This document shows, one piece after another, positions 27,801 to 42,575 of a stretch of 64,000 bases of DNA. The translations under genes and the position numbers were made by a program. Origin of the DNA: Xylographa opegraphella (lineage: Eukaryota). The stretch's first letter is position 1. Every line of letters begins with the position of its first letter. The DNA lies in the NCBI GenBank assembly GCA_022813865.1, contig JALDZX010000010.1:434001-498000 (forward strand). The letters are read 5' to 3'. The notes beneath the pieces were generated by a model. The model saw nothing but the letters and a program-made list of their open reading frames with translations, had not been told where the DNA came from and did not search any database.

Positions 27801-29499
27801 TCGATGGTCACGACGAGCACGATCTGAAAATGCCAAAGTCCGTCGACACACTTGCTCGTTCAGGCGACGCCCCCCCGATCCTGTTCGACGACCCGAGAGC
27901 TTCGATCCTCAACTTCAAGCCAACAGAGTCGATGCGGATTACATGCCTTACTATTGGATCACGGGGAGATGTACAACCATATATCGCACTTTGCAAGGGT
28001 TTGCTCGCCGAAGGACACAGGCCGAAAATAGCAACCCATGCAGAATTCGAACCGTGGGTCCGAAAACACGGCATTGATTTCGCACCAGTTGATGGAGACC
28101 CTGCTGAGCTGATGCGCATATGCGTCGAGAACGGCATGTTCACGTACTCTTTCCTCAGAGAGGCGTCGGTCAAATTCCGAGGCTGGATCGATGAGCTTCT
28201 GAGCTCGGCGTGGAAAGCTTGCCAAGAGACGGATTTGTTGATCGAAAGCCCAAGCGCCATGGCCGGCATCCACATCGCTGAGGCATTAGGGATACCGTAT
28301 TTCCGTGCTTTCACCATGCCCTGGACTCGGACCCGCGCATACCCCCATGCCTTTGCTGTACCCGAGCACAAAATGGGAGGAGCTTACAACTATGTCACGT
28401 ATGTCATGTTCGACAATGTTTTCTGGACGGCAATCGCTGGACAGGTCAATCGATGGCGCAAGAAAGAACTTGGCCTCCGAAGTACCAACCTCGACAAACT
28501 ACACCCGAACAAAGTGCCTTTCCTGTATAACTTCAGCCCCTTTGTGGTTGTGCCTCCGCTCGACTACAGTGATTGGATCCGCGTTACTGGTTATTGGTTC
28601 CTAGACGAAGCCTCTGAATGGACTCCACCGACAGAGCTGACGAACTTCATCAAGTCTGCTCGAGATGATCAGAAGAAAATAGTTTATATTGGATTTGGCT
28701 CAATCGTGGTTTCTGATCCCGCAGCACTCACCAAGACTGTCGTCGAGTCCGTGCTTAAAGCCGACGTACGTTGCATACTCTCGAAGGGCTGGTCGGATCG
28801 ACTGGGTAGCAAAGACGCCACGGTGCCCGAAGTCCCACTTCCGGCGGAAATATTACAGATCAAATCCGCACCTCACGACTGGCTGTTCAAGCAGATTGAT
28901 GCGGCCGCTCACCACGGCGGTGCTGGAACCACTGGCGCAAGCCTGCGGGCTGGTCTGCCTACCATCATCAAGCCATTTTTCGGTGACCAGTTCTTCTTCG
29001 GATCACGCGTGGAAGACCTTGGGGTGGGTATATGCCTGAAGAAGCTGAACGTCTCGGTGCTGTCCCGAGCACTATGGGAGGCCACACATAGTGAGCGTAT
29101 GATCATCAAGGCAAAGGTTCTCGGCGAGCAGATTCGAAAGGTAAGTCACGAGGCGTGCACCTTACGGCCCTGCCTCGGGCGGGAAGAGCAAGTGCTGATA
29201 TGTCTACAATCTAGGAAAAAGGGGTAGAAACGGCGATTCAAGCCGTGTACCGTGACCTCGAATACGCACGGACGCTCATCAAGCACCGCGACACGCACGC
29301 GGACAACGACATCGGGGACGAGGAGAGCTGGACGTTCATCGGCGACGACGGCGACCCCGAGCTGATCAGGCGCATCGCGGAGTGGGAGCCCATGGGGCGC
29401 GCATCGCGAGACGGGGGCCGCCCTCCCGCTCCCGAGAAGCGAGCGTTGGGGACGAGGTTACTCAGCGGAACGGTGCGGGAGGCATCTCCTCACACATGA
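24890..29499 (+). CDS. ATG26: Sterol 3-beta-glucosyltransferase (GRAM-PH-GRAM-GT)
   Basis: PH/GRAM segments, [47 protein letters not shown]. Several GT-AG introns. Confidence 0.95.
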
Positions 29500-31141
29500 T
29501 GCAACACTCGTCTGGTGATTTTCTTGTGTCGCATTCGAGCGAGGCGTTTCGGCTCTGGCTCGCTTAGGTATATCCTTAGGACTCGTGTATGATCGTAGAT
29601 AGCATTCCGCACCAGCACAGTCATCCACTTTGGAGAAGCGGAGAATCAATTTTATTCGTCGCGAATGTGCAACATGGGTAGACAGACCACTTTGGCTTAT
29701 GCTGACATGAGCGGCTTCTTATCTCTGTTGGAAATTGTCGCAGAGGCATTTTCGGGATGCAGCTTTGGCTGACCAGTAATCCGAGATGAGATGAGATGAG
29801 ATGAGGGAGCGACTTCTCTCAATGGTCAGATGCATTGCTGCCCTCGATTCGGTTTGCATGACATGTGAAGCGATAAAAGGAATGAGATGAACAAACACAA
29901 GTCGCGTGACCGAAGCGAGCACTTCCGTATCCGGCATGGGGCCGGAGCATCGGATCCTTTCGGTCTGTGCTCGCACCACTAGCCACAAACGGTTCCCGCC
30001 GCTTGGCCAGACGCTGGGACGAGGACCGTCGATAAAGATGCCCGCCTTCGGGCCTTCGTTTGGACAAATTGACATCCATGCGCAATAATGTTGGATGGGT
30101 ACGTCTCGTGGGTGGTCTCGACTGCCCGGTGAGAAAGCTGTCCTTTCGCGGGGGCACATTGAAAGAAGCGTGGTGTTCCTGTACTGTTTGTTAGGTGGAG
30201 TTATGTTATCAGATGTCGCCGTTAATCCAGACATGACGGACTGACATAATCCCGTCGGTTCGCATATAGTTGCCGAGATTTGAAAGGATGGGGTGGATGA
30301 CGACGACTTCGGACGCCGGAATCCGAGCCAAGAGGGACAGGGGTCCGGCAATTTTTCGGACAAGGATGCACGCGCTTGGAGTGCTTGGAGGATGAAGTAA
30401 TGGGATAGGAGGGAGAGTTGACGTCTGATAATGCGCGCCCACGGATCACGGCAGGCAGAGAGAGAGAGAGAGGAAGAGAGCTCGGTGGCTTGGAAAAAGA
30501 ATTACGACGCTTCGCCAAGGCCGAGGTACCAGACTCTCTCTCTCTCTTCCTTTCTGCTTCACTCTACTTTCACTTTTCCTAAATGCCGTGCTGGTGCGAT
30601 CACGAATTGCCTCGCTGCTACGGCGACATCACGACTAAACTACTACTACGTTACTTCAATTTGCTCTGCACGGAGCCATTTCCTCACGCTTCTCGCCCTC
30701 TCGTGCCCAAGCCAAGTGCATTCGTCCTCACACACCATGGATCAGACTAAACTCTGATCCATCATCTGGCCTTCCAACCATGCTGCCAAGAAGCTACGCT
30801 TTTCGCTCATTCCCATTGCCAATCTCATCCCCACCTTCATAACTCGGATTCGGACATAACGGACACCGCGGTTGCTTAGTCGCGCACGACCGACTTTTTG
30901 TCGGCTCGATTGATAAGATATCCATCCGCCCCCTTTGCCTTCCCATGCAGCGGACCACCGCGCCAATTCACGACAATCCTATCTAACTCCTTGAAACTCC
31001 TTCACCACACTGACCACTGACTGTGGTGTGGTTTCTATCTCCTAAAGCGGCTTCGATCGTCATCCTGATATACGCCGACTGCTGGTTTGCCAGTGAAAGA
31101 TTGGGGATAGCAGGCCCGGAGGTGGGAGGTGTCAGTGGAGG

Positions 31142-32666
31142 ATGAGGACCTCACCACATGGTCCTGCAAAGACCATCTCGGCATTGCTTTCACCGTCCAG
31201 GCATGGCTTCTCAAGCCCCTCGTGGATAGCCAGAATCGTTCCCCGTCGTCTCCGACACAAGCTCAAGTCCAGTATCCGAAGTCGTCAGTCACCAGCCTCC
31301 AGTGTGAGCTCGGTCGAGGCCTCGTTCAATCCGGCAGATACACTTCATGCGTTGCGCCAACACGACTGGTCGTACTACGATGCTCAGTATCTCCTCCTGC
31401 TCGTCCTCCTACTGTTCGCGCTGTCCATCATAGAAACATATGGGCCATTGTTCAAGACTGCTGTGGCCATTTTGCTCCTTACAGCTCTGGTCATCCCTGT
31501 CACGCGACAGTTCTTCCTGCCCTTTCTCCCCATCGCCACGTGGTTGATTTTCTTCTATTCTTGCAGGTCAGTTTTTCGTTTCGTTCGTCATCATGTCAAC
31601 ATACTTTTGCCATTGGCTGCCGGGTCACGGCGCCGCTCCTTGGCAACTTGGCAACACCAGACGAATGAAGACTAACCCTCCGACAGGTTCATCCCCAACG
31701 ACTGGCGACCGCCCATCTGGGTGAGGGTATTACCCGCACTGGAGAATATTTTCTATGGCGCCAATCTCAGTAACATCCTGTCGGCGCACAAGGCCACCGC
31801 GCTGGACATCTTAGCGTGGCTGCCGTACGGTATCATCCATTTCGGAGCGCCTTTCGTGTGTTCCATATTCATGTTCATCTTTGGCCCCCCCGGAACAGTG
31901 CCAGTATTTGCACGGAGCTTTGGGTACATGAACCTGGTCGGAGTCGCCATTCAGCTCTCGTTTCCATGCTCACCGCCGTGGTACGAGAATATGTATGGAC
32001 TCGCACCAGCCAATTACTCCATAGCTGGGTCCCCTGCCGGTCTGGCTAGACTGGACGTCCTGTTCGGTGTGAACCTGTATACTTCCACTTTCACCGCATC
32101 ACCTATGGTCTTTGGTGCATTTCCGTCTCTCCATGCCGGCAGTGCTACGATGGAGGCCTTGTTCATGAGCCACGTCTTCCCGCAGTTCCAGCCACTATTT
32201 ATCGCCTATACATTATGGCTCTGGTGGGCCACGATGTATTTGTCACATCACTACGCCGTAGATCTGGTCGGCGGTAGTATGCGTAAGTCATCCACTGGTT
32301 CCTCATTTGTCATCATGCTCAAATGTTTTAGTTGCGGCTGGGATTTTCTACATCGCAAGGTCCAAATTCCTTCCTCAACGGCAGGCTGACAAGTTCTTGC
32401 GGTGGGACTATGATTACATTGAAAGAGGCGAGAAGGAGTCCTCCTATACGTCACTAAAAGATATCGATACCACCGCCGCCAACGAACTGAGCGACTGGGC
32501 TGTAGGGCCATCTTCTGCTATATCGTCTGGCACTGCGAGCCTGACAGGCGACGAGCAGTCCGTATGGGACGGTGATACGCTGGCCTCGAATTCGGACTCG
32601 GAGCTCGAAGTGGCAGCACACCGGTACAAAAACTCGCGTTACCCGATGGCATTAGTGAGCCCTTGA
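31142..32666 (+). CDS. AUR1: Inositol phosphorylceramide synthase (aureobasidin A resistance)
   Basis: RPPIWVRVLPALENIFYGANLS, PPWYENMYG...GSPAGLAR, FGAFPSLHAG, ATMYLSHHYAVDL. Introns at 31567-31686 and ~32278-32330. 3' end approximate. Confidence 0.92.
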
Positions 32667-34203
32667 GCGAAATCACTTGGAGATGCCAGGACCACGATTG
32701 CGCTCACCTTAGCGTCTTGTTCGAAGCTTGCAATCCTTCGGACACGTTTTCGTATTTTGAAAGCTGTGCAAACGCCCCACCATACCTGTACGACGATGGG
32801 CAAGAACACCTACATATGAAGCCGGCCATGACCTGGCTGGGACTGGTCGCCGGCTCGACCTTTGTCTCACCTAACCACCAACTCCAAGCCACGCCTCCTT
32901 GTACATACTCCTCCGAAAAAAACTGCGAATAACGTCCCTTTTATAGCATGCATGCATACATACACACATCCACCCCTAGGCCCTTCGACCGGAGGCCATC
33001 TAATATAATACCGAAGACCGGCCTGCGCACAAACCGGCTAGACAGTTCCATAGCGACGGCGTTTTCGAGGGACTACGAGTGGGCGGAATGGGGTTTAGCT
33101 GGATACCCAACGGCGGCGGTGTCGCTTTGTACCTATAGACCTATAGACTTCCCTGATTAATCTCTGTAAGGGCCGTGCTTCGTGACTGTGATGATGAGCT
33201 TGGCTTTTTTGCTTTACCAGCAGGACTTTGTTCCTTGTGGATCGCGTGACCCCTTTTTCATCCCAGCCACAGCATGCACACCCGCCCTCGGACGGTCGTG
33301 TGGGATGAGCCTATCCTTACCCACCGCACCCATCGCCACCTACCTTACCTAGGTACCTACCTAGGTAGATACGGTACCGTATGCGATCTGGTTACCCAAC
33401 CCACACCGAATAGCCTGCGCGCGAGAGGGCGCTATTCTCTAACTGGGGCACCCTACCTTACCTTACCTCAGCAAAGCCAGTCCATACTAAGTTTAGCTCC
33501 ATCGCGAAGCTAACGCGTCGCGTCCCCGTTCTGCGGTGGCAGTTCGGCGCGAAAACAACAGATCCTATTACCGCACAGCCTTATTCCTAAAAACGAACGC
33601 GGGCGTGAGGGGTGGGAGGTGGGGGGTTTTCGCTATGTTGGGGGGAAGTCGATGGATGGGTTGTCAGTTGGATGTGGGCCGGGGGGGGGAATGGAGGGGG
33701 GGGATGGAGTGGTGTGGTGGATGATGGATCGTGTATGCTGCCTCATGCCATGCTTATACTTACCGGGTCGTGCATTCGTTTACGGAGTACAGAGCGCGTA
33801 ACTTCGCACAGCAGCATGGAGAGCGCGGGGAGGGCGGACGGTGGGATATTGGCCTTGTCCTACGGAGGAGATACGCGCGACGGACGGGCCAGGACAAGGG
33901 GGAAAAAACAGTCAATGTGCCTATGCTAGACTATCGTACAAGAATACAAGCCGTGCGCTCGCTGAGAAGCGCTCCTTTATCCAGATTACCGCCGCCTCGT
34001 GATTGTGGATCGTTTCCCTCCCCCCAGGCGCCTGCAACGCTTCGCGCCGCGCCGCCCCCATTTGTGAGAAGTTTGAGCCTCGAGTGCCAAATTACGCTGA
34101 TGGCACATGCTGCTGTGTGTGCTCGCCATATTGACCTCGCACGATGGTGTACATGGCCGTAACGTCGTGGAAGCATGAAAATGTCATGTTTGACCGTGGT
34201 GCC

Positions 34204-35405
34204 TTAGGAGACGAGTTCGCCCCCGAGCTCCATGCCTAACCCCGTGCTGGTGCTGGTGCTGCCGCGGCCAATGCTGGGACTGCCACCAGGGGGGATTAAG
34301 CTGTCGAAGTTGAGCCGTCGTCTCGCGTCTTTGACCGCCAACGGAGTCTTCATCAAGCCCGGGGTGCGGTTCCCGAATGCGCCTTGAGCGGGACTGGGAG
34401 TCACGTTGACGAAATCCGCAAAGTTGAATTGCTGGCCAGGGGTGCTGAAGCCGGTGAAGAGATTGGTGCCGCCGGGAGTGGCCATGAATGAATTAGGGAA
34501 GGCCACCTGGTTGGACGGCGGGGTCGACGGAGCAAAGACTCGGGCTTTGGTCGCAGGGTTGGCTGGAGAAGGTGATGTGGCCAGGTAAAGAAGCAGGTCC
34601 GCGCCTTCCTCGCCGGTAGCATTGTTCTTTCGGGCGCGAAGACCACGGCTGCGAGTTGGAGGAGGGGTACGAGGTGGTGACCCGTGCATGTTGGACGAGG
34701 ATAGCCGGAACGAATGTGTCGGAAGATCGTCATCGTCGGATACGGGCCCAAAAGGTGGAGAGTTGGGGATCGTGGATGCTTGTGAAAGGAAAGAGATGTT
34801 GGGTCCATTGGAGGTGCGGAAATCGGGATGCAAACGGTGCTGAAGCGGCGAGGACACCGGGAGGTTGTGCGTTGTTTTCCACGAGTGACGAGTAGATTCA
34901 AAAGGCGGCGGAGCCATCGATTGTGTTCGTTTTGATTTTCTAGAAGTTGTCGTAGGACCCATGTATGGTGTCTGGAACCTAGTTCTTTTTCGAGAAGCCA
35001 CTAAAGTCTCAGAACCGTAAAGGTCATCGGAGAAGACAGGAGCTGTCATTGGAGAAGATGCCATGGGAGCGGAGAAAAGCTGATGTTCGGAACTTGATGA
35101 GGACGAGGAGCCAGAGGAAGAAGAAATAACACTCGAGTCTGTCCTTCTCCTCTTCAATTGGTTGTCTACGTGTGCTTCCACTAGATCAAAACTCATGCTG
35201 TGAAGTCCATGTTGGGCTTTGTATTTCGCTAGGGCGAGGCGGTCTTGAAGTTTTCTGGTTATCTGAAAGCCGAACACAGTTAGAGTTGAAACTCAATCAC
35301 AGTGCTCGAAGTATAAAGGATCAGGTTCACCTTGGAGACTTCCGCCCGCCGGAGAACCTTCCCTACCACCTCCTCCGGTGTGCTGGATCTGCACTCCATG
35401 GACAT
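34204..35405 (-). CDS. G1/S transcription regulator, Stb1/Whi5-like
   Basis: Whi5-like motif RKLQDRLALAKYKAQHG, Stb1-like GADLLLYLATSPSP, and many SP/TP CDK sites. One intron near 35266-35330. Confidence 0.65.
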
Positions 35406-36818
35406 GGTGACGACGTTGGCAGTATTTCGCGAGGAACAATGGCCGTCCGCTGTAGTGAACACTACGGTCTCAGACCAAGTCCAGGGCAGATCCTGCCGAG
35501 CCGCCAGCCTGGGTCCACGGACGATTGCGTGAAGGATTTATCCGAGATTGGCCAAGTGTTGAAGGCACTGTACTTGAGAAATTGATGCGGAAGGAAAGTG
35601 CAGGAGTGTGAAGGATACGACAAAGGCCATGCTGAGGGATCTATGAGAAAAACTGCTGGAAGAGATTTGGAGAGAGGTCGGTAAGATAGTCGATGTTGGG
35701 CAGAGACTGAGGGGTTGGGTCAAGAAGCGAACGCGCTGGGATGGTCACTTCCCGCGGACCAGGTTCAGGATTAATTGGAAGATCGCAGTCCGGCCAGCCG
35801 CAAGGTCGAATCGCATTGATTGGATGCGCGCCGCTTCAGCGCTCGTCGACTTCCTTGCTTGCCTGCCTGTTTCTATTCCACCCTATCCGCTCCTAACAGG
35901 CCAAGGAGAAAGCGGATGACCGTCTCTACGGAGCAGTCCCTCTCACCTGCCTTTTCTCGCAGCGCATTTAAATAGTGTTGTCCGTTTACTACTACTACCA
36001 AGAGGCCTAGTCAAGAAGAGCGATATCACGTGCTGGTAGTCTACTGTGTGTTTTGGACTGATGGATGTGCTCAACCATGTCCCCTTTCCATGTCATGTAG
36101 CTCGTAAAGCAGTGGGTGTCGGCATAGTAATTGTCCCATCTACGTATGTCCGAATTGCTATTTTGGGCCGTGCAATTAGACCTCTACCACCAGTCTAGCT
36201 CATGCGGAAAATGCATCTTTGCCTGGACTGACTCTTCATCGTTACGGAGAATTCCCACAGACCGCACGATAAGGGTTTCTCGGATCACGGTTATGCGGAT
36301 GAAAAGATCACACTTGATACACTGGGAGTTCTGTGCGTCTTTCACGAAACATCACCTAATGGAGGAGCAAAACACGTGCATTCAACCCTGCACTTTTCAT
36401 TCGCCGGCGAAAAGCCTTCGACGGGAACTGGTCCGCCCCCTCGGCCCCTCCCCAACCACATCCAGGCTCTATCTAGTGGTCGAGCTATCTACCTTTGTTT
36501 CCGGGACATAGATATCCCTAATTCTTTTGATTCTTCGACATCCACCCGAGCCACCGTCGACCATCAATCGCTCCAATTGCTGAGCTTCGAAAAGCTTAAT
36601 CGTGGCATCCTTCCTGTCAGTCGTTTCAGCATCACCTCCCGAATTCTGCATCCATTGCTCTTGCCGCTCGCTACCGTATACATTCACATGCTCTGCCGGC
36701 AGCCGCTCAACGTGACGCAATAAACAACGCTGCATCTTCTGGACCGGCTTCCCCGATCAATTTTGCACATTTTGGGCAGTGCTCTTGAGAAATTCACGAA
36801 ACAGTATTCGCTAGTACG

Positions 36819-39356
36819 ATGCCTTTCTTCAAAGATCTGAGAAGGCGGTCCAAGGCGAGCTTCAAGACGGAGAAATCGTCCAACGATTCAGATGGCTCCA
36901 ATGGCTCCGAACCCACCGACAAATCCTCGACCACCCTGGACTCTATCTATGGCGTCTCCACAACTCCATCCTCCTTGCATCCCTCTCTATCAAACCTTGC
37001 ATTATCGAAAGCAAACGGCGCAGGCGCCGGCGCCATGCCGTTACCGACGAGGGCATCCCCAGCAAATTCGTCAAATAATAGATATAGCATAACCGTATGG
37101 CCAGTGGTTCCGTTTGTGGCGCAAATATGCTGACTCTTTGCTGATAAGGGCTTGACCTCTCCCGTCTCGAATGGATCCAGCACTCCGAAGCTACCTCTCT
37201 CACCTTATGCTCCGAGGGTCCTCTCCGTATCTGAAAATTCATGGGTACGTAAGTCGCACTCAATACAGTGCCTAATAGTAATGGAGACTCTAGGTGCACC
37301 AGAAAGTCTTGCTGATCTATGGTCAAACGGGGGATCCCGCACAACGCGCTTTTGACGGCACCCTAACTATTACGCATCATCAGGACAATTTTCCTCAAAC
37401 AAGCTGGCCGGTGAATGATTGTCATTTCAAAGCATTAGTTCATCTCTCCCCCGGCCCGAACCGCCTGCGAATTGACTTTGTTTCCCCCAAACTTCGAGAC
37501 TCGACCAACACATCACACTCGTCTACTATCTTGATAAACTACCTCCCCATGGTTAGCGCTCCGCCGCTGCAGCTAGTCATACTGCTGGGAAAAGATTCTC
37601 CAGGAACATACGACGCTGTACCGGAAAGAATTCAGCGAGAAGGCAATGGCTTGGATACTGCGATTCGCAAATTCCGAATGGCCGCATATCTATGGCAGGC
37701 GTTTACCGGGGAGCAGATGCATCGCAATGGTTTTGGGCGCAGATGCTTTCGTTTCGAGGAAGAGTGGCAGACGGGATCCTTGAGCTACCGTGATAGAGAG
37801 ACTGGGCAGATGAGAAACGAAGCAAAAATACACGTTGTACGCACTGAAAAGACCGTCGCAGAACTCCGCGATCTAGATCTTGCCCAGCAGCATGACAAGG
37901 CGCAACGCAAAGGCGACCTCTTTACTATTGCAATGGATGCTGTCAAAGCTCATTTCAATCCTTTGCCAGGCCAAAAACAATATGTCTCAGTGCTGCTCCT
38001 CGATACTCACTGGGACACACGGTCGAAAACCATAACCGGTCATGCTGCCCTTGGTGGAGGTGGTGGGGAGATACAACTTGCGATTTTTGGCTCCCACTGC
38101 TTGCAAAGTTATCCAACAAGCATAGAGGAGGTGGTTCCCGCGCTCTCAGACTGCACAAGGACTGACACAAACTTCGTTGCCAACGATTGCAATGCAGCGG
38201 GCAGTAATTGGGAGGCTGCGAATATTGGTATTGGTGCCCATCTCCACGAGACAGGTCATCTGCTCGGTTGTCCTCATCAGGAGAGCGGCATCATGCTCGC
38301 TGACGCCGTACATTTCAACCGTACCTTCCTGACTCGAGAACCATACTCGACCAGGACGAAGGAGCAGGGTATGCGATTGGTGCTCCCGAAAGATGAGATC
38401 AAATGGCACCGATTGGATGCACTTCGATTCCGCACACACCCATGCTTTAGATTGCAGTGCGACCAGCCAACGAATTCCGAAGACGGTGTTGTCGTTTGGC
38501 CTGTTGAGCAAGGCAAGCTACTCGTTACTGCCGTGACGGGTATTGCGTTCATCGAGTTGTACCCAGAAGGAGATGAGCCATGCCACTCATGGATTGAGTA
38601 CACAAACACTGATGTTGGACTTGGCGGTTCTCCGAAGCAAGTCTTATTGACGGAGGGTGACTTGAGAAGCAGGCTACCAGAAGATCGCAAGAACAAGAAG
38701 CTACGCCTTGAGATTCACTCGATCGGACAAGGAAAATTAGTCATTGAAGACTTTGGCCAGCTAATCTCCAAAAAGGCCGGGGTCAAATTGCCGAACGGTC
38801 AAGCCGGTTTCTATGGTAGTAAACTTGGAGCAGCGCAAATGGAAGGGCATGAACCTACGCAAGTTCTACTCCACAGCCAATCGAGCCAAAAAATGCTCTT
38901 GAGATCCATAAAGATATATAGCGGATTCGCAATCGACGGCCTGGAATTCTTCTACGAGGACGGTTCAAGTCAGCTATTTGGGAAGAGAGGCCCTGCTACG
39001 GGGGGGGTTCCTGGTGGTAGCGAGTTCTTTCTTGGTACGTGGGCTTCCAAGGTCGACTTGGAAATGCTAATACGGAAAATATAGACACCCGGAAAGGGGA
39101 GTCCATTTTTGGTTTCTATGTTCGTGCCGGTTTCTGGATTGATGGGATCCAGATATTGACCAGTTCTGGCCGGCGTTCTGCAATTTTCGGAAACCCTTTG
39201 GGCGGCTCAGGGTAAGGCATTTTCCTGCGCTCGACACTACCACGCTAAAGGTCAAGCAGATATACTTTGATACCACCTCGCGGTTACAGCGTTGCAGGAG
39301 TTTCAGGCACTTGTGCTGCATGGCTTGACGGCTTTTCCATGGTCATTACACGATGA
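36819..39356 (+). CDS. Putative zinc metallopeptidase (YIL108W-like) with C-terminal jacalin-like domain
   Basis: HAALGGG, GAHLHETGHLLGCPHQESGIM (HExxH), and C-terminal GFAIDGLEF...WIDGIQI beta-prism-like segments. Multi-exon. Confidence 0.82.
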
Positions 39357-41671
39357 TTGGAACAATTTCCTGGGCAGCGCCGCCGGACTCGGTTTCGACT
39401 TTTCGAATCTCTTCGAGTATCTTACATACTTTCATCCGCGGCATTACGAGAGATCTTACTTTAATATTCTAACTAGTATCCGGGTTTTCTCTTCGCGTAC
39501 ATAGCTCCACGCATACCGCCGGACAGGGGGGAGCGGTGGTGATACTACTGCCGTGTCGGCGGCAATTAACGACGCATTACGAGGAAGGAGTTGGCACACG
39601 CACACATGGATAGAATGGCTGTTTTGATAGATACCTTGGTGCATGTGGGCGATGGGCCTCTTAGTGTCTAATATGCATTCGTCTGCGTTTTCCATGGGCT
39701 TCGTCTAAGTCGTGCTTGCTCAGCGGACGAACGTCATTTCCTCCCGTACGGTTTCATTATTGAGACATGATTATGTCGACCCAGGCGATGTCCATGCGCG
39801 ATGCTGTCTTCCGATTTCCCGAAGCCCAATTGCCACACAACTCGATCACATCGTCACCCACCAGCATTTTGCGTTTCCACTTTCAGCCACGTACATTATA
39901 CACTCACGTACAGTGTACAGTGATACTACATACCCCCTCCATCCCAACCCCGCCTACTACCTCAGCCCCCCCACGTACCCTATCTTCCGCCCTCCCACAA
40001 GCGGTAGCCTCCCCACCAACCCGAAGTCTTCAGCCTCCTCCCACCCCAACTCCGCACGCGGGAGGAGACAGCCAGCATGCCCATTCGCACCACGGCACCA
40101 GCGTTCCGCGCCATCAGGCCACGATTCGTCCATCCCGTCTGCGAAAAAATGGCGCGCGAGAGATTGGTGCGTGTATCGCGGAGATGGCTGGTTATGCGGG
40201 ACGGGATGTGGTGCGGTGCGGTGGATGTGGATGTGGATGTGGTTGGAGTAGGGGTAGGGTGGTGGATGGTGGGGATAGTGTAGATGGCGCTGGAGGGGGG
40301 GTTGGGGGGGGGGGAGGGGAGGGGTGCGGGGGCGATGGGGAGGGATGGTAGGGATGATGGGAGTGTGATGAGGAGGGAGGTGCGCTTTGGGGCATTAAAG
40401 TGGGATTTGCGCAGGAGCGCTGATGGGGACTGTACGTGGGGGGGCGTGGAGGGATGGAAGATAGGACGGGAAGGCATGATTGCCTTGCGAGGCGGTTCTG
40501 CATTTGGAGGGTGGTGGGGTAAGGAAGCAAAAGTGGATGGATCTGGTTCTGAAGAGCCGCATGGCCAGTGTTTCCTAACGGAATAGAGTGGACGGGTATT
40601 ATTGCAGCGCTGGGCCTGTTCGTCGCTAGGGGTTGCGGATACGCAGACCTGATGGTCTTTGGTGGACGAAAGCGGAGGAACGAGTGAGTTTGTGCTCTGG
40701 TCGGGGTTTGGGAGGTAGGAGGTAGCCTGTGGCTGTGGAGCGTATCGCAGGAGAGCGCCATGTGCGATGAGCACAGTGGGATGTCTTTTTGACGTTCGTC
40801 TTTCTGGAGACAGAGCACCGCTTTGAAGTGGGGGAGGGGGGGGTGTGGAAGCCTTGAACGAAAGGCGGCCACCGCGCGGGGGGTTGCGCTATGGGTAGGA
40901 TAGTATTTGGACAGCATATACGATGTATGCTGCGTAATAATAATCTCGGCGTTTTGTAAGCTCAGACGGGATTGCTTCTTGGTCTCCTACCACCACCAGT
41001 CGCTGCCTCGGAATAAGGTAGCCTTTCGAAGGGAAGCGTCGCAGACAGTCAGTCAGGAATGACCGAGCCAGCACTGACCATCCCCCTTTCGTAGGGGTTT
41101 ACGGAGGGTCCATCAATGATAGCTCTCCCAGCCCTGTGTTTCGATGTGGCATCTCCTTGTCATCGCTCGTTGTTGCTATTGGCTGAAGTCTGGTGCTAAG
41201 TAACGAGGCTGTGAACAGGGCATAGTTTCCGAGCACGACCAGAGGTGGGATTTTTCCCACCTGTTTTTCTTTGGATCTCTGCCGCTACTTCATCGTGGTA
41301 CTCAGAGAGAGTTCCGTTAGCATGCCTTCACTGTTCCAGCCCGACAATTCTAGCCCTGGTCGCCGGTGGGCTGGGGTCTCAGACACAGATACTTCCAATC
41401 ATCGAAGAATTTGCATGACGCCGACTTAAGACGCCGCTTTGTCGATGTTCTAGGACCGGGCACGACTTTAGAGCCCGACGAAGTAGACGTAAGGTCCGCT
41501 TCTGAAAGTCACAACAGTGCTTATTGGGACGCAGGGTATATCGGGATACGTAATCACCACACTTCGTCAGCTCTCTACGGTCAGCGGAACCTGTCACGCA
41601 TAGCGATGTGTATACAGGCACTAAGTTTGTAGAACGAAATCAGTGCACTCTTCCGGGACTGTGAATCAGGT

Positions 41672-42256
41672 GTGACTGCTCCGCCACCGGAACCATACGC
41701 CTTGGCGGAAACGACCTCGAGCGCGGCTCGACGACGGAACAGGACACAACTGTCAGAGACAACATCAAGCTCCGGCGGAGTTCGTCTCCCTCCCCAGATC
41801 CCGGAGCTGGCCGTTGTCGAGCCGCAACGGGAAGCTACCCGACTGGACGACGTCTGGAGCCTTCGATCGCCAGAGGATACCTTCCACTGTGGAACACATT
41901 TCGCCTCCGTTGCCGAGTTACCGGATGAGGTCTTTTCGGAACTGAGAAAAGTGGAAGAGGATAGCGCTGACGATACATCCATTGCCGGGGTCCCACGCAG
42001 CCCGACACTTCAGGAGGCTTGGGCATGGTATATCCAAAACGGCGGTGCTGTCCTCGTGTTCGCAGCGAGCCTAAGCACAGCTCTCCTGCTCATCCTCGTC
42101 GGGCATACCGACATCGGACCCGTATTCACCCCAGCCGGTTGGGTACTGGCAGGAGGCTCGCTTCTGACCATAACCCTCAAGACCTGCTTGTCAGAGCGAC
42201 CAAAGAAAAGCAAAAGAAATAGAGACACTGCGCTGCGTCGTCTTAGGCGAAAGTGA
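41672..42256 (+). CDS. Hypothetical membrane protein (two C-terminal TM helices); true start uncertain
   Basis: Hydrophobic segments AVLVFAASLSTALLLILV and AGWVLAGGSLLTITL followed by a basic tail. No ATG at the ORF start. Confidence 0.4.
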   Translation: MTAPPPEPYALAETTSSAARRRNRTQLSETTSSSGGVRLPPQIPELAVVEPQREATRLDDVWSLRSPEDTFHCGTHFASVAELPDEVFSELRKVEEDSADDTSIAGVPRSPTLQEAWAWYIQNGGAVLVFAASLSTALLLILVGHTDIGPVFTPAGWVLAGGSLLTITLKTCLSERPKKSKRNRDTALRRLRRK

Positions 42257-42575
42257 AGGTGACGGCGGCGAAAAGAATTTGATGCTTCGCCGTAGCGGTA
42301 CTTAATTTACACTGGCGGGTGACCTTGTCATCAATAACTATATTGGAAGCCTAAGGAGTCTTGCATTCCCTTCCTTGCCGCGATGAAAGAGGGATCTGGC
42401 TTGTTTTAAAAATAGGATTATTAATCATTTGTGAGTAATATGCTCGTAGACCCTTACGGGTACTACATCGGCGTATGATTAAATAAACAAATGGATAATA
42501 TGTGATATGCAGCAAGGCAGCCAAGAACTCCGGAGCGGATGCCCCTAATCTCAGGATGAAGACAGATTCAAATCG

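Noticed and set aside
30738..30758. Short uORF (MDQTKL) upstream of AUR1
   Set aside because: A regulatory role cannot be supported without transcript data.
39700..40920. Pro/Gly-rich overlapping ORFs
   Set aside because: They arise from G/C-skewed simple sequence; no protein-like signal.
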